This document shows positions 14,001 to 25,940 of a stretch of DNA of 64,000 nt, piece after piece. Source of the DNA: Tubiluchus corallicola (Eukaryota > Animalia > Priapulida); assembly GCA_030141605.1 (NCBI GenBank), contig JAQGDQ010000331.1, positions 186,001 to 250,000 of the forward strand, in the 5' to 3' direction. The notes beneath the pieces are model-generated. The model was given only the letters and a program-made list of their open reading frames with translations. It was not told the origin of the DNA and did not search any database. The position numbers and the translations under genes were made by a program. How positions within the stretch are numbered: the first letter of the stretch is position 1; each line of letters starts with the position of its first letter.

Positions 14001-14599
14001 TTTCGTTTAGAGAAATGCCCAAGCAATTTTAGCATCTCACAGATTAAAAAATTAGTAAATCACTTTCAGCACAATTTATTTCTACTAAACTTTGTGTATA
14101 GTACCTGTCTTGTAAAAAAGATCTGTTTCTTGTTCGCTTTCGATAATGTGAGGTGCAGGTGCTCGTCCACCCTAAAACAAACAACACTTGTTTAGCTCAG
14201 AGTAAAATGAGTGCACTACTTACTCTACTCACTCACCATGCTGCGAAATCACTTTTTTCTTAAATTACAGAAGAGTGTGTTGATGTGTGCGAACATTTTA
14301 AAAGCACAACACAATTATTATTATTTCAGTAGCATCTCACAGAGTTAGACCTCTACCAATTAGTAATTTATAAGTAATTGACATACTTAATATGTACGTA
14401 GTTGCAGTATCAACGTTTTCAAAATAGAGCAAATTTTCAATTTATTGTGCTTAGTGCCAGAAAAAAATGAACTATGCTTTTGAGTGTAACACTGCATGAA
14501 TAATGGGTCATTTGGCACAGAAATAAAAGAATGTTCTGTATAGAATAGAGCATCATATATATTAATTTCGGTGGTATGTTTTATATATATATGTAAGAT

Positions 14600-15210
14600 T
14601 TGAGGCTACAGCTCCGATGACTGCACAATTTGCGACAATCTATATGTCAAATGAAAGGTCTCGATCTAGTGTCTTCTCATTGTGGGTTTATTTTCGAATC
14701 AGGTCTACCCGGACGAACTGGGGGCGAAAGATCTCGAAAAATGGCTATTTTTCGGTATTTTTGCAAAATTTTACTTCTTATTTCTGGAGAACGGGACTGT
14801 GCCTGGCATGGTGCCGGTAATGGTTAAATAGCCTGTGGGTGTAGTAGTTTTCGCAGGAGGGCCACAGCGCACAGCAACAGGCGTTTTCCTAGATGCAACT
14901 CGATTGTTTCTAAATTTTGGTCAAAAAGCCTGTAGGAAAAACGTTCTAGCGGTGCCTGTTGGGACTCTCGAAAGGAGGTATATAGCTCTCTACACAGAGG
15001 AGGAACAAGGCTACACAATGGTGACGGCTGTATTTTAGGACATCTTCACCGTCAGGAACTCTGTGACGAGTTGATTGGAGGTTCCACTTCGGGCGATTTT
15101 CGCTTGGAAGACTGCTGATGCAAAGCCATTGTTCTGATGTCATCCATTATACTTTGCTTATAACCTTATAACTTTAATTCAGGAAAAGCTGCTACTGGCT
15201 TTGCGTGATA
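14600..15210 (+). repeat. Dispersed non-autonomous repeat; class uncertain
   Basis: 14630-14830 (tatatgtcaaatgaaaggtct...atttctggagaacgggactgtgcctggcatggtgccggtaatggttaaata) aligns by eye with the reverse complement of 34470-34680 (atttttctagagaaagggaacgtgccggggacagtgccagtaatggttagata). GC is higher than the flanks. Confidence 0.6.
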
Positions 15211-16918
15211 AATGAGGACTATGTAGGATGTTCGCGTATTATTGATTATAAGTATATTTATGCAAGGCCTTTGCTAATTTATTTATTAATCTCCACCATT
15301 GCAAAAAAAACAAATAACAAAATAAAAATAACATACAAATGGAGACGGGTGGTGAAAAGAGCAATGGCCGCCAAGTTAACCACCCCTATCCTTACATAAA
15401 ATAAATAAAAAATACAGTTAGGAAACCAACAACAGATGTCAGTATGAACTGTGTGCAGCGTTCTGCCAAGGCAATACGAGAAATCTTAGCATTTTTGCTG
15501 AAACTAGCAGTTAAAATTGTAATGTGATGCCCACTTTCACGTAGGACTTCACGCTTGTGAGGCTGTTCGAGGTAGGTAATGTAATTTCAAGCAGATTCTT
15601 AAGAACTGCACCAGTAATTCGGTTCGAGTTAAGCAATATTTGTTAAAGGGAAAGAGAAGGGAAAGTCCGTTCCATGAGATCTGTTCGAGATTTGCAAGAA
15701 TTCGAGTTATACGTAGTGTACTGTGTTTTTGTGCTGTCATACTTTAATAAAATGTTAATCTAAATTTGTGGTGTCTTTTTATGCTTCGTTCATTTTAAAC
15801 ACATACATGGTACATTATATTAAAAGCGGAAGACCAGAACCTGCAGAGTCATGTGACTGGTTTTAAAAAATTCAAATTATTGTATTATATAATTAGAATT
15901 GCATATGTTTTTAATAAGTTTAACTTAGTGAAGCGATCTTAAAAAAATATTGCCATAGTTAATTTATAGTGAGTCATAATAAAATTAAAAAACAAAACTA
16001 AAAAAATTGGGTACAACCCTAAATAATATTGGTAGCTAAATGTCTCATGCCCAAGCGTCTGGCATCCATATGTCCGAGCCCAAATGTCACGCACCTGATG
16101 ACTTGCATGTAGGACAAACACAGTTAAAGACACTATACTAAAAAATGTTGGAACTACATAGTAGACATACATGTCCACATAGCTTCGTGAGAGTCCCCTT
16201 GAAATCTTTGTGAGAGTCCCCTTGTAATTGTTTGAGAATTTTAGCAAAATAAATGAAATGACAAATTAAATATGTCAAATTAATTTTTGGGTTAATGAAT
16301 TTTAAATGTACCACAGCTATCTCTTGATGCTACAAGAGTGAAGAAATTCCCAAGGTAAATATCCTGAAAACATACCCAAAATATGCAGTTATTGAGGCAA
16401 CTAACTGACTAGTTTGGGGAGCATAAAATTGAAGGGTGTGACTTGTTTTGAGGTATTACAACAAAAATTTCAATTTATTTATATACATGGCTATTATAAA
16501 AGTTAAAAAGAGACTATGTATGGTATTAATAAGTCGATATTTTCTATAAAACATTTTCCGAAGATTACACTTTTACCACGTAAAGTGAACAAAATTTTTG
16601 ACTTCCAGACTATGAATTTCATGTCTGAATGCAGTCCTTTCTTTCAAAAGAATACTTTTCAGTTCAAATTGATCCTGATAAATTTAGAATTAGAAAATAT
16701 AACTACCAAAGCCAAGTGTTGTCTTATAAACAAATTTCAGGATTGTGGTATCATACCTGAGCATATCGAGATTTAGTGTGGGCATCAGCATTCTGCTTAG
16801 TAGCCTTGTTCTGCAACAAAATACTTTTTGCTACTCAGAGTACAAGCAGCGTGTTTTTTTGAAGATAAAATTGCGCATTGCATTTAAGAACAAAATTAGA
16901 TAATAGCAAAATACTCAC

Positions 16919-19297
16919 AGGAGGCAGGTCACCACACGTGCAGCACTCACTGCACTGACATTCACGGCAATGGCAACACTGACAACAAAACAGTCGTTGA
17001 AAAAGCCTGAAACATTAAATGATGGTACATTACATTTGTCAAACAAACTAACGAACAAACCTAAGCCAACTACATTAACTAATGTATGTTCAGAAATCCA
17101 GTATTCTTGAGTTCAGTGAGTGCATGTTCTTGAATGGGACAGATAATGAAAGAAAATCCTGATCATTACATCACATAAGGACAATAAGATCTTACAGCAT
17201 TAAAACATGTATTAAATAGCAAATTGCAGACAACATATTTACATATCACGCATGGCAAAATATGCTTGTGACACACACTCACCGATAAGTAATGATGGTG
17301 CTTCTGTCATAAACTTCTTTAAAAAAAAGGATGCCGTCAGTATTTCAACTTCAACTAGTGATCAGTTTAAAGACCTACATACTAGTACAATGCCAGTAAT
17401 TAAAACCCACATCTAAAGGCTTGTACACTCTTTAGTCTATGGACATGGATTTTATTTTATGGATATAGATACCATGTTTTGCAGACACTCAGCTCTTAGA
17501 TATCGATAAAATTATATAAACAGGAAAAGACTATTTCGCATAAAATTTCACACATTTACTTGCATATCTCTACTAAAGCTTTATTAAATATTTGCACCTT
17601 GATACCTTTAAAAACCTTTAAATGGCATAAGTAAACATAATTACCTTTTGCAAAACCTGGAACAAGTGGAACAGTCACCACAAACTTCAGAACAAGCATG
17701 ACATTTGCAATAACACTTGCGTGTTTTTAGGCAACAAGTCTAAAAATAAATGTTATTATGAAACGACGTGAAATTTAAAACACGTGTTTAATTTAATTAA
17801 TTACCTATATTGAACTAAAAAGTTAAAATATTCTTGTTCATGTTAAAAAAGCTTCTTTTGCCACATACGTACCACAATTAGAATCAGAACTAACAGGCCT
17901 AGAGCACCTGCAAGCACGTATAACCAAAGTTTGTATCTTTTCTCATCATAATAATCCTTGTCTTTCTGTTTTTTGTTTCTTTCATCCACCATTTGCTGCA
18001 TCTTTTGGCTAAGCTTAGGCGGAGGACCAACACTAGAAAAGAAAATTCATCAAAAAGAGTTGATCAACTAATGACAGAATGGAAATCAATAAAAATTATC
18101 ATTCAGTAATGAATGAACCAGTTCCATTTGCAATAAAGTGTTGTACATGGACCTGCTTGCACAAAATATATGAAAAGACAAGCGTCAACAAATACTTTTA
18201 AAAATTACCGAAACACTATCTTGTGTCATCCTGTATCGATTGTTAGGCACTAAATATGATAGGCCCAGCATTGATCCCAAATCCCAACACACCAAAACTA
18301 ATCATGCAGATTTTTGCTAACTGCTGTGTTTCATAGATTGATGAACAAAACACTGAAATTAGTATGTCATACCCTTTAGGCTTCGACCCGGGAGGTCCAG
18401 CAGGATAATACTTCTTGCCAAATTTTTTCATTTCTGATAAAAATTCTGTCCGTGCTTGTTCTCTAAGTGTGGCATTTGGATGCTCAATAATTTTCTGCAT
18501 ATTGATATCGACATAGTTTCGCAGTTCCACTATGGCTCGACGTGAATCAACAGGAGTTTTCTTTTTGTTGATAATTAAGTTGTTACTTTTGTCAACACGT
18601 GGAAGTTTGAACTTTGGGCCAAGAACATGTTGCAGAACACCTAATCTTGGAGCACCTGATGTTTGCTGGGGAGACTGCTGTTCACTTCTAATAGTTTTAA
18701 CTGTGTCCCACCAAAATGAAGTCATAGCATTATTGTATGCATTTAAAAGGTCTTTTCTTTTTACTTTATCTTCCTCTGAATTTATTTTATTTAGCAGTTT
18801 AGCAGAATAGTCTACAAGTTTTGTTTTAGTGCTTGGACTGTCCATCACATATGTACGGCCATTAAGTATAAGCAAACCAAACATATATTTAGGTGGCTTC
18901 ATAGCTGCAGCCTGACCAGCAACAGGAGAAGTTTCGCTAGATTCAAATTCTTCGGTAGAATTATCATCATCATCATCATCTGAGTTGCCCTTAACAGCGG
19001 AAGGATTAGAGGCACTTTGAGTTTGTTCAGCATCTTGCTTAAAATTTTCATAGTCTTGATCTACACTGACAGACGTCTCACTTTGCCTCTTTGCTCTACT
19101 CCCAAACGGTCTCTGATTGGATTTCACCACATATGAGTCCAAAAAAGCATTTCGTTTCTGCACATTTTTATGAGTTCCCCTAGCTTCTGACGTGTCAGCT
19201 ATTGCACCAAAGTTAAATGATGCCCTGCTTCCATCTTGCTTTAAAAAGACATCATTCACATTGCTTACAGATGCAGCTTCTGCTTTTACCCATGTAC
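16919..19297 (-). CDS. Unrecognised single-pass membrane protein with duplicated domain and Cys-rich tail; 5' and 3' ends unresolved
   Basis: Four minus-strand GT-AG exons join in frame with no stops: 19297-18373 (925 nt), 18032-17873, 17739-17645, 17006-16919. Product: ...GSRAKRQ...acidic/Ser linker...two related domains...PAGPPGSKPKGVGPPPKLSQ...KRYKLWLYVLAGALGLLVLILIV (TM)-TCCLKTRKCYCKCHACSEVCGDCSTCSRFCKRLFQRLFCCQCCHCRECQCSECCTCGDLPP. A possible next exon at about 16363-16312 (DIYLGNFFTLVASRDSC) is weakly supported. Confidence 0.8.
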
Positions 19298-19734
19298 CTA
19301 AGTTGCAATTTTCAGCAAAATTGAATATCTTAACAGCATAAAATATGTTATAGCAAGCTTTAACTATAATATCTTAATGAATTAATGTCATTATTGACAT
19401 GCATGACTTCATATAAAAAATATTAAAACTTATGTAAGTTTTTATGGTAAGATTCTATTGTAACTTTCTAATACGAAAAAAAACAATTTAGTAAATTTAC
19501 AATTAATGTCTACTGGACACTTGGACAGGCTTATCCACACAAATTTTTTACTCAAATCTTTTTGAAATAAATGTGAAAATTAACTAAATGTAGCTTGTAG
19601 GAAGTCTGATAAAATTAAAGCTGTCCTTGAAAGGCTGACGTTGAAAGGAACTGCAAATTTGATCAGCGATTGTATTGGCAATAATTGCATATTACAGAAA
19701 TAATATTAATGGCGGCAAGTTACCATTTTCTTGA

Positions 19735-19930
19735 CCATCATCACTATTGTCACATTTTCATCTTTGTCATTATTATCATTCAAATCACATTGTATTCCGA
19801 TCACCATCACCATCATCATTATCATGATACCATCATCATTCATTTTCATTATGGCCAACAACAAACAAACAATTGCAGCAAAAACAAACAGACAAACAAA
19901 CATCAACTGCAGCGGTAATGATAATGACAG
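19735..19930. repeat. Degenerate (CAT)n/(CAAA)n simple repeat, probably intronic
   Basis: catcaccatcatcattatcatgataccatcatcatt followed by caaacaaac. It explains the low-complexity ORFs at 19685-19972. Confidence 0.8.
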
Positions 19931-21699
19931 CAAGAGTGGTTGAGGGTTTGATCCAAATCGCTGAGCACTCACCTGGATGTTGCTGTTGGTGGTGGATGAC
20001 TTTTTGAAAAAAGCCTATAGCCTAGTAGGAATACCGTGAAAATCCCGATTTGCGGAAATTAATTGCAACCAAACTAATTGTTTTTTCTGAATCAGCATGT
20101 TATGTAGTATTCCAGAAAATTCTCTAAAGAACTGACGATGGGGCATATTTTTAAGAATTTGAATTTTAGGCAAGGATGAACACTTGAAAGTGAACAAATT
20201 TATGCATGGCAAAGATGAGACTACAAAATGCTGTAGCCGTGTAAGATTAGAGAGATGGCATTTCTAGTATTATGCTGTACACCATTGTAATCATCTGGGC
20301 CATAGTACAAAAAATTGTGAATAGTCAATCAGGGTGCGCTATCCTAAAAACCGCCGTCTCAGACTAACCAAAAAAAATGCATTAAGTGATACCATGTTTA
20401 TTTTTCTCAACCTACCTTTTATTCCTTCTATATAAATTTTTACCTAAACAGTTTACAGCTCTCGACATTGTTATATGAAATTCCACTAACAGTGGTTACT
20501 GAGAGTGGAGCAATAATTGGCACAGGGCATTTTGTGAAGCCACACCCAAAAAAGTGTGACTTGTCACTTTTTATTTTTTTCTGATTAGCATGAGCAGAAA
20601 AATAAACAGATGCTAATCTAACAGTATTGACTTGCTTCATAGCAGAAGTGGTATATGCTGGATAACATTTTATTAAAAATAACATCTACCCTTACTTTTT
20701 ATCTGCAGATGGATGATAAAGAACAACACCAATGCCTCTTTAAACCACATTAGTCAAGCAAGTTTTTTGTTATCAGCAGATGACTCAAATACATTTTACT
20801 TCAGTTGAACTTTCCTTGGTTGGGATACGTGTCTACACGAAACACTTTATTTTATAGTATACGGACTTTGCAGTCAACAACTTTTAACGCCAGCTGAAAC
20901 TAAAATATATGTAATACTGTAAGATTAATATTAAACCTTTACAAGAATGAATGATCAGCAATAAAATCACTTTACTGAACATAAGCTGAGATCAGTGGAC
21001 AGTGAATCTACTGCAAGGTAATATACAAATGTGTTTTGCAAAATACATTATGACACTAGGCCATAATTATTATAAAGATAGACATGTATATCCTTTACAG
21101 AAAACAATTTAAAAAGAAACTAAAATTATTGTGATAAAATTCATATTGCAAAAGCTGTAAAGTAGCTAATATATTGATCAATTTACTGTAGTGCTAAACT
21201 TTACGTTAAAATAAAGAAATTACAAATAAAGTTCAGATTCAGGTTCATTGCCGCTGTTCCTTTTATCTCAAGGTAGACTGCAAAAAAGGCTATCATTGGG
21301 CCATAGTAATATTCGCTTTAATTTAGTTGAACTCTATTAACATTTCTCTTTTCATTACCTCATAAAGAAAGTTTTTTGCACAAATACACTCTCTTGAAAT
21401 AGCAAATCAGTTCATCTGCTCCTTCACGGTATCACTCTGACAATTTATCTCTTTTTTTCTTGAACACAGAAAGTGCAATTTAACAATAAGTGTTTTAGAT
21501 CTTCTATATCATCATTACGGTGACAAATTTCTTGATTTTCACAAAATTTCCATCTAATTGGTGGATTTGTTCTCAAACTCCAGAGCACCTCCTGGTTAAT
21601 GTTCTCGCTTTAACCAATAACTTAAACTTCCATGGATTACTTCATCCATCTAAACCTCAAGGTTTGGACTTATTTCTACTATATCTAACCTCCAAGAAA

Positions 21700-22270
21700 A
21701 ACCTACCTAACAGACTTTTCCAAATTTATATACCATACAGTTTCATTAACTAACTTCACTAACTGGAACAAAATTATTTCATCTCTTCTCTGGCACCCTT
21801 GTGTCTGCTATGACCTTGCCTCTAGTTAAATCACCAAGTGCTAGGATGTTAAGTGTAAATATCCAAATTAAATTAATCTGCTAAGAAGATTATTTGATAT
21901 AACCAGCATGAACAAATCTTTCCATAAAAAGGAAAAACCAGATTCATCCCTAAGAGCCAGTGTGCAACAGCTCTCTGTTGTCCATAACCATAGAGAAAAA
22001 TTTCTTTGCATACTTTCATCAAAATTAATCTCCTTTAGATCAATAAAATACTCCCCCAGCACATCCACACATTACTTTTGGGACTATTACTGACTTTCAG
22101 CCAGTCTTTCTCTTCTATCTTAAAGCATTAAATGACATTGCAGTGAATTTTAAAGCACCTGTCACTTTTCTTATATCAGGTATACTCTCTCGCCAACTGT
22201 TTTGCTCTTCCTACACTCTGAGCAACAATACCCAAATATTTTTCACTTGTAGATTGTTAGTCTCAAAATC
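21700..22270 (-). mobile_element. Highly degenerate non-LTR retrotransposon ORF2 C-terminal remnant
   Basis: Minus-strand fragments EKYLGIV, LKSVIVPKVMCG-like and LALRDESG resemble the post-RT KYLG / thumb region. Many stops and frameshifts. Confidence 0.4.
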
Positions 22271-22492
22271 GGCCAGTTCAAATCTATTTTAATTTACAGT
22301 GTTATCCAAAAAACTAAAAAAGAATACTAAAAGAGATACTAAACATGCATAATACAATATATGAACTATGACAAGTTTAAAGCAATAACATTTTATATAC
22401 ATAGAAGATCAAGCAACTGTTTTAAATTACAGCTACTTAAAAAGGTCTCAGTGGTGGTGAAGCCAGAATCCTTGTACAAAAAGATAGTAAAA

Positions 22493-24742
22493 GGCCCGTG
22501 TCACACAGAATTTGACATAATCTGTAAGGCATAAACCATGTAGAGAAAAAGCCACCTCGTGAAAAGTGAATGTATGCTAATGGTTCTTGTCACACAGATA
22601 ATCCACTTGCCATCTTCCGCCTACTGCAGGCTGCCTACCGTAAACCGTCAGCCACAATCCTCAATAAGCCCCTCACAAGCAGTTTGAAGCGGTTTGTAAG
22701 GTACCTTATAGCGAGATCAAATGTTTTGTTTAACATGCTCTTTAAAACTGTTTTAAATATTTTGTCCGACTACATTATATACAGACCCAAAATTAATTCT
22801 CCTAAAAAGTATTAGCGTAATGAGGCCCTATTTATTTATCATAACATAATTACGTCTCAACCCCCCTCGTTACTTGTGCAACGTGCTGCTATATGTGATC
22901 TTCCGTAGGTGTCAAAAGCTTGTATTGTAAAATAAATGGAGAAACATTTTAGTTAGTTGAAAATATTATCATTATCTATATTTAACTTTTTGATTGTATT
23001 TTCAATATTATTATGAAATATGAATTACCTTCAAATTGCCTGTTGCTGTAAATGGGTCGAGCCCAAATTGGTCATTTCTGTTTTTATTTTTTAATATGCT
23101 GCATTATGTAAAATACATCAACCGGATCCAGTGGTTGGCTCATTTCAAATCAAGTAAATGAACAAATTATGGTAAGAAATTATTGATTCACGCATCCTGC
23201 CAAAAACGGGTTGCTATTTACATAGAGAAAGGAGCATACTGCGGATTACGTTACCCGCTTTATAGAAAATGGAATACGTCTTATAGCTTCCAGCCTTACA
23301 CTTGTGGATTATGGGTTACTCCTTATGCTGTTCTATGTGTGACATGGGCCTAAGATGACACTATGGCAATTTTTGAAATAGCACTCCTGATTGTTTAATT
23401 TGGTTGTATAGGTTATTACGCAATTCTAATTTTTTTAAATTTAGTTTCATTATTTCGATTGATATCCCCTCGTAACCTCACCTCCAGAGTTATTGGGGAA
23501 GCTGTGAGGAGCAAGCCATAACTTGTAAACCATAAGGCGTCTCCCAACTTCCGTAAGGCGCACATTGTAATCCACGATATGTGCCTTGCTCTGTGTAACT
23601 TGCAAGACATTTTGCCACAATCGTTTTTGGCGGGAGGCACGAAGCAGTTTTCTGGAACTTCCAAAATGTGCCAACCACTGGCTTCGGTTGCACTATGGTT
23701 CATAATGCAGGATGTTAGACACACTTATTGGGGGGGGGGGGTCAGCATGTGGGTTAGACCTATTTATAGCAGTAGGAAAAGTGAAAGAGAATTTTCGACT
23801 TTATTTCAAACAATCAAGAGTATTTCAGCTACACTAGAATGTCTGTCAATCAATTCATTTTATGAGGTTTTAGCACTCATAAGTTGGACAAACTACTGGG
23901 AGTTTATAAATAATTTTTCACAGAATTAACTAAGCTTCTATCAGAGTCTATAAAAGTAAACAGACTAATTTAAAACACTACGCTAAAAAATATTTCATTA
24001 TAGACAGAAAAATTACCACAAAAGCTTTGCTGTGATCATCTACAAACAAAACAAAACAATGCTTGCTCGGATCATAGTAAAAAACCTTGTTGAAAACCTA
24101 GAAATTTATGGGGAAAGACTGTCTCATGTTCACGTACAGACGTCGATCTAGATAATGCGTTGATATAATAAAACGGTTTGTTGTCAAATATTTGTATTAA
24201 TTTCAAATTTTATTAACAACTACTTAAAGTAATTTTACTTATTACAGGACAGAATAACAGATTTCTTCATTACGGAGTAACAGACCGTCAGTCGCATATT
24301 GTTTAACATGATTGATTGGTCTGCTGCCTCCTGCATGTAGTACACATTTCTTATGTGCACTGTTCTTATGGTAGTCGTAAATAAGTGTTGTGGGTTAAAG
24401 TGCTTTTTAATATTTATAGTATATCAGTGCTACGAATTATTATGATATAAATGAATTATGCACTATCACAGCCATAAATGTGATAATGATCTCATTAGAA
24501 ATGACAAAAAATGCCTTATGGCAATGAAATTAATGGCCAAATTCATTTCCCAATAAGCTGCCTTATGACAGCTCAAAATTGCTTGCAAGGAGCCAACTGC
24601 AGATTGTGACTAACGGCTTACGGCAAGCAAACTGTGGTTGGCAGAAGACAGAAAATGGATTATCTGTGCGACAGGACCCATTGGTTATCATATGTTCAGG
24701 CTTTTTCTCCTCACGGCTACGTCCAGCTGTGTGACATGGGCC
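22493..24742. mobile_element. PIF/Harbinger-like non-autonomous element(s) with long diverged terminal inverted repeats
   Basis: Left end ggcccgtgtcacacag (22493) and right end ctgtgtgacatgggcc (24742). Inverted similarity extends 200-250 bp (e.g. tgtcacacagataatcc / ggattatctgtgcgaca). A third terminus lies at 23335-23349, and 23095-23330 is an inverted copy of 23500-23716. No clean TSD, so the superfamily is inferred from the GGCCC terminus. Confidence 0.65.
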
Positions 24743-25179
24743 TTAGTGAGATACTGTAACCGTTTTACGTAGGAGAGGTACTGTAGTGTTTCCTACTTTG
24801 CAGTAAAGACATGGCATGTGTACATAAACAAAGAAATTTTGTGCCAAAACTTTAGTTAATGTATTATATATAACAGAATATTATTGTGCCTCTCAGCATT
24901 CCATGTATATATATCATTTTGCAGTACAAATTTACGGCTGTTTAAGATGCGGCTCAGAGACTCCATGGATATGCAGTGAGTGCAGGGAAATGTGATGTTC
25001 TTGCCTCACAGCTTGGGTAGGCTTGCATTTAAAAGAAATTCAAGCGCTCCCCGTGAGAGATTAGAATCTTACCATGTTCTTTGTTGAGTAATTTTACTGC
25101 CAAATTCCCAGTACATTATTAGTGCATTTTTCATTTAACAACTGACGGGTTAGACTCGTTACAGTTTCCGTTTGGTAGG

Positions 25180-25940
25180 CAAGGGTGTCATATGAATTAC
25201 TTCCTAGAGTGTTAAATCAGCAGAACAATTTTAAATAATTTGAAGTAAACGAATGTTTTTTTTATTCCATGCCTTTTCTCTTTCGAGCATGTTGTCAAGA
25301 CAAGAATCTACTATGCTGTCAATTTTCAACTGACAGGAAACAACATATGCTAAATTATATCCTTCATCATACAGTTCACAAATTTCAATGGAAATGTGAC
25401 CATTTCAATAGAAACCCCTGAGACAGTGAATTTAGAGCTTACAAATGACTTGCACACACACTAAAGGTGAATTGAAACATGGTAAATGTATTGGAAACAA
25501 ATCACTATACAAGCATTTATCAATATTTTTCTGTTAGATTCCAGAATTTAAGATTCCAAACATCTAGTTGTGACATTTGAAAAAAGCTGGCATATTTCTT
25601 GGTAATTATAAAGGAGATCTTTGTAGGATTGCCCTTAGAAAATGACAGCATTCTACACGTTTCCGGTTTGAGTTTTAATCTAAAGCTTTTTATTCTCTCT
25701 TCGATTTTAATCATTAATTTTTGATGTTCGATTTCATGGTTTGAAATGAGGCAGAAGTCATCTTCAAAAGAAAGCTTCCTATTGTAGAATTTTAAACAAA
25801 ACATAGCCATGCCGTGCTTTTCAAGAAACTGTATGACTGTATTAAAACATAAGATAAAAATGATAGGTCAGGCCTGTCTGGTTCAGGCATGATATACGCC
25901 TATTTGAAATGAAATACATAGTTCTTTAGTTGCAAATAGT
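25180..25940 (-). mobile_element. Degenerate non-LTR reverse transcriptase fragment (possibly an early-branching R2/NeSL/CRE-like clade)
   Basis: Minus strand reads PIIFILCFNTVIQFL (after motif B') ... SFEDDFCLIS (decayed FADD) ... RLKLKPETCRMLSF (the GLKLKPSKC-like segment), with stops. Confidence 0.65.

Noticed and set aside
17283-17374. Possible poison cassette exon in the orphan gene (strong GTGAGT donor)
   Set aside because: The acceptor lacks a polypyrimidine tract and nothing else supports it.
18243-18372. Hydrophobic C-terminus of the 338-aa ORF (YDILISVFCSS...GPIIFSA) as a TM or GPI signal
   Set aside because: It lies past a donor (GG|GTATGA at 18372) that splices in phase to an exon with a much cleaner TM, so it is probably intron read-through. 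An alternative isoform cannot be excluded.
19685-19972. His-rich and signal-peptide-like ORFs on both strands
   Set aside because: They are translations of a (CAT)n/(CAAA)n simple repeat starting at a splice donor.
23416-23929. Four overlapping ORFs of 67-116 aa
   Set aside because: They fall in one arm of an inverted-repeat TE and have no recognisable protein motif.
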